From assembly GCF_009914755.1 (NCBI RefSeq), contig NC_060947.1: a stretch of 64,000 nt of DNA. One strand, 5' to 3'. Positions 1-11,576 of the stretch are shown piece by piece; position 1 is the stretch's first letter, and each line of letters begins with the position of its first letter. Under the pieces are notes generated by a model that saw only the letters and a list, made by a program, of their open reading frames with translations, was not told the origin of the DNA and ran no database searches. Position numbers and translations under genes: made by a program. Source of the stretch: the human T2T-CHM13v2.0 reference genome, Homo sapiens.

Positions 1-187
1 GCTTTATATTCTAGACATGGTGGCAGCTGGTTAAATGGTGCCCACTCAGATTAAGGATGGGTCTGCCTCTCCCAGCCCACTGACTCAAATGTTATTCTCC
101 TTTGGCAACACCCTCACAAACACACCCAGGATCAATACTTTGCATCCTTCAATCCAGTCCAGTTGACACTCAGTATTAACCATCACA
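1..187 (-). mobile_element. MLT2A-type (HERV-L) LTR, 5' part, cut by window edge
   Basis: Reverse complement begins TGTGATGGTTAATACTGAGTGTCAAC..., the MLT2A start; similar to 3545-3734. Confidence 0.85.
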
Positions 188-800
188 ATGGCAGTGTAAG
201 TTACTTCAATCGTTGTGGAAGACAGTGTGGTGACTCCTCAAAGACAAAGACAGAAATACCATTTGCCCCAGGAATCCCATTACTGGGTATATATGCAAAG
301 GAATATAAATTGTTCTGTTATAAAGACACATGCACATGTATGTGCATTGCAGCACTATTCACAATAACAAAGATGTAGAATCAACCTAAATGCCCATCAA
401 TGATAGACTGGATAATGAAAATGTGGTACATGTACATGATGGAATATTATGCAGCCATAAAAAAGAACAAGATCATGTCCTTTGCAGTAACATGGACGGA
501 GCTGGAGGCCATTACCCTTAGCAAACTAATGCAGGAACAGAAAACAAATTCCACATGCTCTCACTTGTAAGTGGGAGCTAAATGATGAGAACATATGGAC
601 ACAAAGAGGGGAACAACAGACGCTGGGGCTTCTCAGAGGGTGGAGTGTTGGAGGAGGAAGGGGATCAGGAAAAATAACTAATGGGTACTAGGCTTAGTAC
701 CTGGGTGATGAAACAACCTGTACAACAAAGCCCCATGACAAAAGTTTGCATATGTAACACACCTGTACATGTACCTCTAAACTTAAAAGTTAAAAAAAGA
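188..800 (+). mobile_element. L1 3' end (older L1PA/L1PB type)
   Basis: ORF2 C-terminal remnant (IPLLGIY..., CIAALFTI), typical L1 3'UTR and A-rich tail near 790. Confidence 0.85.
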
Positions 801-1562
801 ATGCAGAGTATCTCCACTGCTATTGAATATGATGCTAAAGGTGTTTTTCTAAACAAGAAAAATAAGTAAACCAGTTAGAGGCATAAGGACTAGGAAAAAT
901 ACTAATTCCTATTATTTTTTAGATGATACCTGGAAAGCTTTAGATAATTAATGATCAAACTAATTCACAAAGTACAATAATTCAGTAAATTAGCAATAAA
1001 AATAACATACAGAAGTCATTAGTATACACCCAAAACAAAAATTTATAGAGTATTCAGTATTAGAGAAAACTCTATGTACAATTACAGCAAGATGACATAC
1101 CCCTTAGAAATAAAGACAAAAAGAAATGTGCCAAGTGTATAATTTAAAAAACCTTTAAAATCTGAAAGAAAAAAACGTAGATTAAACAAAAGGCCAAACA
1201 TCCTTGAACAAGATGGCTCAAAAACATAATGAAGTCAATTCTAAATGGGTGAATTTATAAAATTAATGTCACAATTTTTGAAAACTACGAATTGTCTTAT
1301 GGAGTAAGATTAGTTGACACGGAAGTTCATGTGGAATAACCAGCAGGCAAGAATAGCCAGAAAAACCCTTAGTAGGGTCAAGCCCTTTCAGAATTTCAAC
1401 ACATTATTAAGCATCTTTAATGAAAATAATTTGTTACAGGTACATGAGAAGACAGAAAGACTAGAGGAATAGAAGAGAACATCTAGAAACCGGTAGAAGT
1501 ACAGAAGAAGGCAGTTTCGTATTTAATAAGGATGGTATCTCAAACCACTGGGCAATAATAAA

Positions 1563-1855
1563 TTTTTTTCTTGAGACAGGGTCACACGCTGTTGCCCAGG
1601 CTGGAGTGCAGTGGCTCAATGAAGGCTCACTGCAGCCTCAGCCTCCAGGCTCAAACAATCGTCCTGGCTCAGCCTCCCAAGTATCTGGGACTATGGGCTT
1701 GCACCACCATGCCTGGCTACTGTATTATGTTTATTCTTAATTTAGAGACAGGGTCTCAATATGTTGCTTAGATGGGTCTTGAACTCCTGGGGTCAAGCCA
1801 TTCTTCTGCCACAGCCTCCTGAGTAGCTAGGACTACAGGTGTGCACCACAGTGTC
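1563..1855 (-). mobile_element. Old Alu (AluJ-like)
   Basis: TTGAGACAGGGTC...GCCCAGGCTGGAGTGCAGTGGC; diverged. Confidence 0.85.
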
Positions 1856-2185
1856 AAGAATAATGGATTTTTAAGCAAATGTTGGGACAAGCTGGAAAAT
1901 GATAAATTTAGATCCATACTTCATTTGTACACAGGAGTAAACTCCAAATGAATCCAGTATCTAAACATACATGCACATACACATGCTTAGATGTATGCAT
2001 ACCTACATAATACAGCCATGTAAGTGCTAGAAGAAAAATGAATTAATTCTTCTATAATCTCAGTGTGGGGAAAGGGCTAAGTATCACTCAAAATCAAATG
2101 CAATCAAATATATATAACATTTGAATATGTAATTTTCTAAAAATTTGCTGGGCAAAAAATGCAATTAAAAAGTCATGAGAAATAT

Positions 2186-2515
2186 ACACCTGCACCACAT
2201 AAGAATATTTCAGTCAGTGACAGACCACATATTTGATGGTGGTCCCATGAGATTACACCGTATTTGTAGCATACTTTACCTAAGTGTGGATAGGTTTAGG
2301 TACACAAATACCATGTGTAACATGTGTTACAGTTGTCTACATTATTCAGTGTGGTTTCAGGGTGCACAGGTGTGTAGCCCAGGAGCAATGGGCTACAATA
2401 TACAGCCCAGGTGAGCAGTGTGGGCTGTGCCTTCTGGGTTTGAGTGTGTTCACTCTAAGATGATTGCACAAGGACCAAACAACCTAAAGATGCATTTCTC
2501 AGGAAGTATTCCCAG
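2186..2515 (-). mobile_element. Tigger3a/MER7-like DNA transposon remnant
   Basis: Resembles the reverse complement of the Tigger3 ends seen at 17902 and 20382. Confidence 0.6.
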
Positions 2516-2844
2516 CACAGAGTTGTATAAGTAGCCTCATAAAGGAGCTAATGTTAATACATTTTTAAAAATTGAAAATTGAAGGAAAAAAATTTTTTAA
2601 AAATACATATGCTATGGGTACAGGCATATTTCTATTTAGATACTTTCTATCATGAAAATATTATCCAAATATAAATATAAGATTAAAAGGTTTCTAAACT
2701 GAGTTTACAATTCAATCAGATTTTAAAGATAAGTGATATTCCTCTAGGCAAGGCCATGGGTCAAAGAGACCTTTAAACAGCAAACTGGGCCTACAGTGTA
2801 ACCAATTTAAAAACTAAACTTAATTTACATTTAGAATTTATCTG

Positions 2845-3269
2845 ATAAGACTTTCACTCAGGGCAGTCTTAGCAAATTTGAGGCTCAGTATCTGCTTCTG
2901 AAGCTGGGAGACAATCCCTGAGTTCATCATTTTCTTTCATCACTTTGTCCACTGAACTTAGGAGCAACCAACCAACTTCATTATGTTCCTTGGTTCTCCA
3001 CATATGGTCAAAGGTATTATCTATAGAGTCACTAAACTCCTTGCCTTTCACAAGTAGTGAATCAGGAGTGTCAAATGCATTTATTTTGCATAACTCTCTA
3101 AACATTTCACACCAAAGACTATCAGTGTTCTCCATACTATTAGAAATAAAGTCCTTAACATTTTGGGGTCTAATCATGTTAAGCAACCAACTCCAGAAAC
3201 CCCAAAACTAACTAAAGAACTCCATCCTTAATATTCTATTCCTCTAGAACCACTTCTGGTACCAAAATC
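2845..3269 (-). mobile_element. HERV-L internal 5' fragment (PBS region plus start of gag), defective
   Basis: GATTTTGGTACCAGAAGTGG follows the LTR directly; ORF 2869-3186 (MENTDSLWCEMFRELCKINAFDTPDS...) resembles the ERV-L Gag N-terminus. Confidence 0.8.
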
Positions 3270-3734
3270 TGTATTACTTGGGGTTCCCTAGAGGAACAGA
3301 ACTAATAGGAGATATATATATATATATATATGGCAGTTCATTAAGTATTAACTCACATGATCACAAGGTTCCACAACAGGCCGTCTGCAAGCTGAAGAGC
3401 AAGGAGAGCCAGTCCAGTCTCAAAACTGAAGAACTTGGAGTCTGATATTCGATGGCAGGAAGCATTCAGCATGGGAGAAAGTTGTAGGCTGGGAGGCTAG
3501 GCCAGTGTAGTCTTTTCATGGTGTTTTTTTTTTTTTTTTTTTTGGCCTGCTTTATATTCTAGCCGTGCTGGCAGCTGATTAGATTGTGCCCACTAGATTA
3601 AGGGTGGGTCTGCCTTCCCCAGCCCACTGACTCAAATGTTAATCTCCTTTGGCAACACCCTCACAGACACACCCAGGATCAATACTTTGCATCCTTCAAG
3701 ACAATCAAGTTGACACTCAATATTAACCATCACA
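3270..3734 (-). mobile_element. MLT2A LTR (5' LTR of the HERV-L remnant)
   Basis: TG...CA termini, internal (TA)n, MLT2A-like sequence. Confidence 0.85.
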
Positions 3735-3759
3735 GGGCCCAAGCTTCATGATGGGATTA

Positions 3760-4056
3760 GTGGCTGATAAGAAGAGGAAGAAGATTTCTCTCTCTCTCTC
3801 TCTCTCTCTCTGTCTGTCTCTTTCCCCACCCCACACTAACCATTTGAGAACACATAGAGAAGTGGCTGTCTGCAAACTGGGAAGAGAGCACTCACTGGGA
3901 ACTGATTTAGCTGAAATCTTGATTTTGGACTTTCAAATGTCTGTTGTTTATGCCACCCAGTCTATAGTAGATTTGTTATTGTTGTTGTTGTTGTTTTAGT
4001 TGTTCTTTTTTTTGTTAGTTTGGTTTTTTTTTATAGCAGCCCTAGCCGACTAAGAC
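3760..4056 (+). mobile_element. MaLR LTR fragment (MLT1/MST type)
   Basis: Ends ...ATAGCAGCCCTAGCCGACTAAGACA, a typical MaLR 3' end. Confidence 0.6.
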
Positions 4057-4335
4057 AGATACCTCAAAGCCTCTGACCTACGCCTACTACCGTGGCAATA
4101 CAAAGTCACTGTTTCGTAACACTGTGACCCAGGATAATATTTTCAGTTCCATAAACACGTGTTTATAAACTGAAACCTCTTAGGTCTTTCTTTTCACAAT
4201 ATTCTGAAAACCAAGTGGATATGTTCTCAAATTATTTATGGTCAAAAGGGAAAAAATAGGAAGTGATTTATATTGTAAGGGACAGAAAACACTACAGTGA
4301 AGATTTACTGAGTAGTGTTGGTGTTTGAAATATAT

Positions 4336-4530
4336 TTCGTTGTTGTTGTTGTTGTTGTTTTTGAGACAGAGTCTTGCTCTGTTGCCCAGGCTGTAGTGCA
4401 GTGGCACCATCTAGGCTTACTGCAACCTCTGCCTCCCGGGTTCAAGTGATTCTCCTGCCTCAGCCTCCTGAGTAGCTGGGACTAAAGACATGAACCACCA
4501 CACCCGGCTGTAATGTTTTTGTATTTCTTA
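4336..4530 (-). mobile_element. Alu right-arm fragment with (TTG)n tail
   Basis: TTTGAGACAGAGTCTTGCTCTGTTGCCCAGGCTG... Confidence 0.85.
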
Positions 4531-6129
4531 GATTTTTTTCAAGTTGTTAACAAAGTGAACTTAAGAATGAGGACACCATCATTTGTAAATACTGACTAAT
4601 TCCATAGGCTGTAACAGAACAATTTATGCTAGACTGGTTTCCCCATTTTTCAAGTCTGTCTTTAAGGCAGTGAAAACAGGCAGGACTCTACAATTAGCTT
4701 TTTAGTCATATGATTAAACAAAGAATGCATTGGGCCTGGTGATACAGGGAGACCTTTCCTCTTACTGATAGTAAAAAAAATGAAATTCGTTTTTCATTTT
4801 AAAAAAAGTGATCGTAATTGTTTGGTTTTCTGGTTGATTGAAAGATCCAAAAAGAGGGTTGTGGTGCCACTGCCTGGTATTTGTTTTAAATTAATTTTAA
4901 TGCAAGTTGAAATTGTGATCAAAGATTTAGCTTTATCCAAGAAAAACAGTTCTTTATTCCTAATGCATTTCATTTCACGCCAACCAATTAAACCTGGCAA
5001 AGAGACAAGGGCATTAGCCGTTAATTAAACAGGGGAGCCCCAGAATGCAAAATTTAATGCATTCTACCTCTGTTCTACACTCCCAAGTTACCACCACATT
5101 TTTATTCATAAACTCTTATAATCCCATAGGACAGTTGGCATTCCCAGATATTTCTCCTTAAAAGTACTTGATGGGATTTTAAATATCAGTCAAATATTCA
5201 TAATTTTAAAATTGTATTTAGAAAAGCAGGAATGAATCCTAAAGTCCATTGGATTTCAGTAACTGTAGTTGTCTCTAAAAATACAAAACCATTTTCTTGA
5301 CTTCTGTTTCAGACAAATTAGAGTGACATATAACACTGTAATTATGTTTGAAGTTTGGCTCAACCATAGATAAGCTAAGAAAATAATAATTTTTAAAAGT
5401 TAAAGTTAATGGAAGGCTGAATGACATTTGTTTAAAAGCCATTTTTAAAACTTCAGCAAAAATTCTCAAGGACTTAAGGAGAGTTGCTGCACAAACTTTC
5501 CTTGTGAAAGGGATTGAGAAAGATTCCAACCAACTCCTCCGGGTGCCGTGAGTCATACTGTGTAAATGCAAAAGATTTCAGACTCAAGTCAACCGATTTT
5601 GAAGTGCTTTTGAAGTTTAAAGTGCTTTACCAATGAGTACCAAACATCAAATGAAATCTTCCGGGCAAAGCAAATCATATGTTCAAAACCAAATGCTTAG
5701 GAGAGCTCTCTGAGGTATTAGCATCTCAGATGTTAAGAAGAAAAAAAAATTCATCAAAAAATGTTTCATCTGATGCATCTCCTACTTGCAAATAGCTATC
5801 ACTGATACTTTTCAAAGGTGTTAGTCTTTCCTAAAAACCCAGTTGGGGATGAGAGTGAAAATGTATGTTTTAGACAGTATTCAAGTCATGTCTGAAGTGC
5901 TTTAGTCAAGTATACAAATAAATGCTGCTCCCGTTCTGGGTGAAAACATCATGTCGGGCAAAAGATTAGGACAGAATAGGCCTTTTTAAAAAGATTTTTT
6001 TCCAGGTGTTTTTGGGCCAAGTTGCCCAGTTATCAGAGAGCAATGAGGTTCACTTTCCACGACAGTATTATCCATGACAATACAACCTCCCCAGAAGGCA
6101 TTTGGCAAAGCAATCTCATGCCTTTGAAC

Positions 6130-6708
6130 TGTGAAGGCCAAGATCCTTGACCCCAGAGGTCTGCTGAAAAATCACTACCATGAGGCAAATTGATTAGTAG
6201 GAGAAAAGGCATACAAATATATTTAATGTGTACAGACAAGAGTCTTCACAATGAAGACTCAACCTCTCAATGAGGTTTGAAGCTTATGCACTATCCTGAG
6301 GTTACAGAAAGAGTGGGGGCCTTGGAGCCTTGTGAAATAGGTGACTGGAGGGGGAGAAGAAGAATTCTATTGTGGGGCAGTAAGTGATTACTAGGGAGAA
6401 TGAATACATGGGAAACAGGGATTAACTTGTAAATAGTTTTCTTTGGAATTTAACTGATTCTTAGAGACAGTCATCTGGAAAAAGGGTCTGTTCAGGTGTG
6501 GTAATATGTTGGTCATCTTTCCAGCAATGGGTAAGGAGATAATAGGAGAGGAACAAGAACAATTGTTCTCCTTGGTGGGTGAGTCCTAGCCTTATGTAGA
6601 TAGGAAAAAAGTTTTTTGCAGCACTTGTTGATCTCTAAGGGCTTTTCGTTCAAAATACTCATTATATCAGGGAGCCCTATTTTTCGGTGAAATATTTTGA
6701 TTTCCTTC
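6130..6708 (-). mobile_element. ERV1-class solo LTR (MER4-group-like, subfamily not assigned)
   Basis: TG...CA bounded ~580-bp segment with MER4-group-like ends. Confidence 0.45.
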
Positions 6709-6780
6709 ACAACCATAGTATCATGTGGCTGCACTTTTTGCAAGTTGATGAACTGGAAGAAAATGCCTGGGTGCTGAGTC

Positions 6781-7374
6781 TGATACCCGTAGGCTATGGG
6801 AGGTCCCCAAAACCAGGTGGGACCTCAATCCTGGCCGGTGTCCAGGCTCTTGATACCATCAGGAGAAGAAATTCAAGGAAGAGTCAAAAAAATAGTGTTA
6901 AGTGTGGACATTTATTGCATACCAAAAGTACACACCGAAGAAAGGTGAGTGCAGGTGTACTCAAGAAAATGAGTCACGCACAACAGAGTTTGGGGCTGCT
7001 ACCTTTATGGTTTTCTTAAACCAAGAGGTGGAATATTAACGAAGATTTCTGGAAAAAGGTGAGATTTCTCGGAACTGTGGTGCCACCCAGTTTTACACCA
7101 AATATGGGTGTTCCCAGATCTGTCATGGTGCTTGTGGGTGTATGATGTAGTATGTTAATGAGTGTATAATGAGGCCTTATGTGAAACGAGGTCAAATCCA
7201 GCATCATGTTGGGCCTAGTTGGTTTTAGCCAGCTTGGTCCACATCCTATTTTGTAGGTTCTTATCAGCCCCTAGCTTATGCAGCTATTTCAGCGGTTTCC
7301 TTTTGCTAATCATGTGGGACTGCTGCCTGAAATTTCCTTTTCTCCTGCCACCACCCTGTATCATTCCTGTCTCA
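6781..7374 (-). mobile_element. ERV1-class solo LTR (subfamily not assigned)
   Basis: TGATAC...CCTGTCTCA bounded ~590-bp LTR-like segment. Confidence 0.45.
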
Positions 7375-7910
7375 GGTCCATCAACTTTTCCACACTGCTT
7401 AGCCTGCAAGAGGTTACCTTCAAGAGGAGGAAAAGACCTGCACAAACAAATGCAGGAGAGACATAGGTGGGAATTGTGAGTCGTCAATTGGAGGTCATGG
7501 GCTCCCTATGCAAGCAGAATCTGAATCCTGATGGTGTCAGTTTCTGCTTAGAGGGATCTATCCCAACTCGCTTGACCTCACAGGATTTCAGTGTGCTCGC
7601 TGTACAACAGGGATAGTAATAACCACCTAAAACTAATGGCATTTATTCATGCACAAGGGTGGAGGCACAGCATAGAGTGGTGGTTAGGATTATAGGGTCT
7701 GGAGGCTGACTGGGTGGGAATCCTCAGGCCTCCCCTCCAAGGCTCTGTGCTTTAGCATCTCTGCTCTAGAGGGCACATGTAAATGGGGACAGTGACTGTT
7801 GTTACCCTGTGGGCCTTACTAAATCATGTGCATGAAATATTTAGCATGGCAACTCTCCCACTCTAAATTTGCAATGTATTTGATCTGAATGACAAATAAA
7901 AATGATTTCT

Positions 7911-8073
7911 GGCCGAGTGCAGTGGCTCACACTTGTAATCCCAGCACTTTGGGAGCCTGAGGCCGGCAGATCACTTGAGGCCAGGAGTTTGAGACCAGCC
8001 TGGCCAACATGGTGAAACCCTGTCTCTACTAAAAATTCAAAAATTATCCAGGCAAATAAAAAATAAAAATAAA
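7911..8073 (+). mobile_element. Alu left arm + linker + ~10 nt of right arm + A-rich tail, with 17-bp TSD
   Basis: AAATAAAAATGATTTCT at 7894-7910 and 8074-8090 flanks the element. Confidence 0.85.
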
Positions 8074-8951
8074 AAATAAAAATGATTTCTGAAGGGCCAT
8101 AAGGAAATTATGAGTAAGGGTTAAGGACATTCACAGGAACCCCCAATGTATTTCTCTATCAATATTCCAGAAGGAATTTATAATCAAAGGACTAAGAAAT
8201 TCAGAGATGCTACCATTTTCAACAGATGGAGAAGTGAGAATAGTAAAAACAGACAACTGCAATAGATACTATATGTTTAACTGTTTTAACATGCTACCAG
8301 TATTTATTCAAGTGATTAGAGTTAGTAACGGAAACATGTTCCATTAATTTAGGAAATGCTGATTAAGGACCTGCTTTGTGCTTCACCATTTGTGTATCTG
8401 TGTTAGAAACTAGGGTTATAAAAATAATGTGTTCTCCGTAAGGGAATGTATTTTAAATTGTAAGAGTGTTAAGACATTCAGAATAGTAGGGCAGGAGTCA
8501 AAGGAGAGCTGTATATTGACCTCTTAATAGATGCTCCAAGGTGGACTCTTCTGTCCCCTCTGCCAGCTCCCTGACTCCTTCCCTAGGATGGAGGACCTGG
8601 ATAGGACGGGGTCACAGGCAAGGCTATGGCAGGGGTAGGGGGGAGCTGGAAGGCAAGGGTGCCCTCAGCCTTTGCTCTTCTCTTTCTGCTCCTGGCTTGT
8701 TTTTTTCTTGTCTTTTCTCCCAGTTGAATGAGGTGAGTAAAGGCCTGTGGGGCAGAGGGGAGCCCTCGTAGGTGTCTGTGTCAGCCAAATGGTGTCCTCT
8801 CCATGTTCCAGACTAAATGAGCAGACAATGGATAGGATGATAAATCCAAACTCCTCTTCTCTTCCCAGACTCCTGTGTCCTTTTTGCTCTGATACAACAA
8901 AACAAGAAAGCTGGTCTTGTAATGTAGGTTATTCTGAGTTATAAAGGTTAC

Positions 8952-9476
8952 TGTATTCATTTACTAGGGCTGCCTTAACCAAGTAACACAACAGAAATGT
9001 ATTGTCTCACAGTTCTTGAGGCTTGAAATCTCCAGTGTTAGCGGGGGCTGGTTCCTTCTGAGGGGGATGAGAATGAATATGTTTCCCGACTCTCTCCTAG
9101 CATCTCATGGTTTGCTTGCAACGTTTGACATTCCTTGGCTGGTACATGCATCAACTTCATGTCTGTCTTCATCTGCACATGGCGTTCTTCCTATCCCTTC
9201 ACATCCTCTTGCCTCATGCATGTCTGTCTTCATCTGCACATGGCGTTCTTCCTATCCCTTCACATCCTCTTGCCTCATGCATGTCTGTCTCAGTGACGAG
9301 ATCTCCCCCTCTTAGAAGGACATCAGTCCCGGTGGATTAGGGCTCACCCTAATGACCTCTTTTTAACCTGATTGCCTCTGTCATGACCCTGTCTCCAAAT
9401 AAGGTTACATTCTGAGCTGATAGGAATTAGGACTCCAACATATGGATTTTTGATGTGCACAGTTTAACTCATAACA
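8952..9476 (-). mobile_element. MLT1 (MaLR) LTR containing a 61-bp tandem duplication
   Basis: MLT1-like motifs (CTAGGGCTGCC..AAC, GGATTAGGGCTCACCCTAATGACCTC). Confidence 0.7.
9158..9290. repeat. Perfect 61-bp tandem repeat, 2.2 copies
   Basis: CATGTCTGTCTTCATCTGCACATGGCG... restarts at 9158, 9219 and 9280. Confidence 0.95.
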
Positions 9477-9945
9477 GCAACCAATAGTGAAAGTCTAAAT
9501 AGTGATATAATTATTTTAAAAAATGGGATAAGAAGAGAGGGAGGTACTGTGAGTACTTTCATGTATCATAACAGCAGATCATTATATGGAGTTGATGAAA
9601 TTTTAAAAAGTATCAGTAGAAAGGTATCATTTGGTAATATGGAGGTAATTACTAAAATAAAAGCAGAAATGGTGGTGAGTTTTGCACTTGAGAATTGGTT
9701 GAGTTAAAAAAAACTTTTGGATCTGACTCTAAAATCTGTATTATAGAGTTTATATTAGTGGATCTCATGTATCTCTTCTCAAATTGTATGTGCCTTCTTG
9801 TTCAGAGAAATTTCATTTTTAATGAGAACTTAGACAAAAACTAATTAAATCAATCAATTCATCAATTGCAAGTCTAAGGAAATTTATAGGAAAAGCAACA
9901 TGTTCAACTCTATAGCTGGCAGCGCCCAGTGTATCAGTGTCTCAC

Positions 9946-11115
9946 TGTGTCCGGAATTGGTGGGTTCTTGGTCTCACTGACTTCAAGAATGAAGCCGCGG
10001 ACCCTCGCGGTGAGTGTTACAGTTCTTAAAGACGGCGTGTCCGGAGTTTGTTCCTTCTGATGTTCGGATGTGTTTGGAGTTTCTTCCTTCTGGTGGGGTT
10101 CGTGGTCTCGCTGGCTCAGGAGTGAAGCTGCGGACCTTTGCGGCGAGTGTTACAGCTCTTAAGGTGGCGCATCTGGAGTTGTTCATTCCTCCTGGTGGGT
10201 TCGTGGTCTTGCTGGCTTCAGGAGTGAAGCTGCAGACCTTCGCAGTGAGTGTTACAGCTCATAAAGGCAGTGTGGACCCAAAGAGTGAGCAGCAGCAAGA
10301 TTTATTGCAAACAGTGAAAGAACAAAGCTTCCACAGTGTGGAAGGGGACCCGAGTGGGTTGCCAGTGCTGGCTCTGGCAGCCTGCTTTTATTCTCTTATC
10401 TGACCCCGCCCACATCCTGCTGATTGGTCCATTTTACAGAGAGCCGAGTGGTCTGTTTTGACAGGGTGCCGATTGGTGTATTTACAATCCCTTAGCTAGA
10501 CATAAAGGTTCTCCAAGTCCCCCACCAGAGTCAGGAGCCCAGCTGGCTTCACCCGGTGGATCCTGCACTGGGGCCGCAGGTGGAGCTGCCTGCCAGTCCC
10601 ACGCGGTGCGCCGGCACTCCTCAGCCCTTGGGTGGTCAATGGGACTCAGTGCCGTGGAGCAGGGGGTCGATGCTCATCCGGGAGGCTTGGGCCACACAGG
10701 AGCCCACTGAGGGTGGGGGGAGGATCAGGCATTGCGGGCTGCAGGTCCCGAGCCCTGCCCCACGGGAAGGCAGCTAAGGCCCGGCGAAAAATTGAGCACA
10801 GCAGCTGTTGACCCAGGTGTTAAGCCCCTCACTGCCCCGGGCTGGCGGGGCCGGCTGAACCCACGGCCACCTGGAATTCGCGCTGGTCCCAGCAAACACC
10901 GCGCGCAGCCCCAGTTCCCACCGGCGCCTCTCCCTCCACACCTCCCTGCAAGCTGAGGGAGCCAGCTTCAGCCTTGGCCAGCCCAGAAAGGGGCTCCCAC
11001 AGTGCAGCGGTGGGCTGAAGGGCTCCTCAAGTGCCACCAAAGTGGGAGCCCAGGCAGAGGAGGCGCTGAGAGCCAGGGAAGGCTGTGAGGGCTGCCAGCA
11101 CGCTGTCGCCTCTCA
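9946..11115 (-). mobile_element. LTR12-family (ERV9) solo LTR, ~1.17 kb
   Basis: Minus strand starts TGAGAGGCGACAGCGTGCTGGCAG and ends CCAATTCCGGACACA; CpG-rich. Confidence 0.92.
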
Positions 11116-11576
11116 TCATCACTGCTGTAACAAAATATCACAAGCTTAGTGGCTTAAAATAACACAAAGTCACTATCTTATGTTGCTGGAGGTGAAAACT
11201 CTCACTGTGCTAAAATCAAGGTGTCTGCTGGGTATAATTTCTTCTGGAGGCTCAAAGGGAGATTTCGTTTCCTTGCTTTTTCCAGCTTCTATAGCCATTC
11301 GCATCCCCTGGCTTGTGGCTCCTTCCTCTATCAAAGTAAGCAGAGTAGCATCTTCATATCTGTCTCTGACTTTCACCCTTTCCTGCCTCCTTCATTCACT
11401 TACAAGGACCTTGTGATTACATTGGCACAATGAGCTAATATAAGATCATCTCCTATTTCAGGATCCTTAACTTAATCACATCTGCATACTCCCTTTTGTC
11501 ATGTAAGAAAACATATTTGCAGGATGTAGGGATTAAACTGGGGACATATTTAGGGGTCTTTATTCTGCCTACCATA
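11116..11576 (-). mobile_element. MLT1 LTR interrupted near its end by the LTR12
   Basis: CTGCTGTAACAAAATATCACAAGCTTAGTGGCTTAAAA...TATTCTGCCTACCA; terminal bases appear at ~9930-9945. Confidence 0.7.

Noticed and set aside
1-3734. The two MLT2A LTRs as ends of a single provirus
   Set aside because: The intervening DNA is mostly unrelated and includes older elements; no 3' internal sequence adjoins the left LTR.
1-5000. MIR651, which I recall lies on this side of VCX2
   Set aside because: I could not find the mature sequence as I remember it (TTTAGGATAAGCTTGACTTTTG) by eye; it is probably outside the window.
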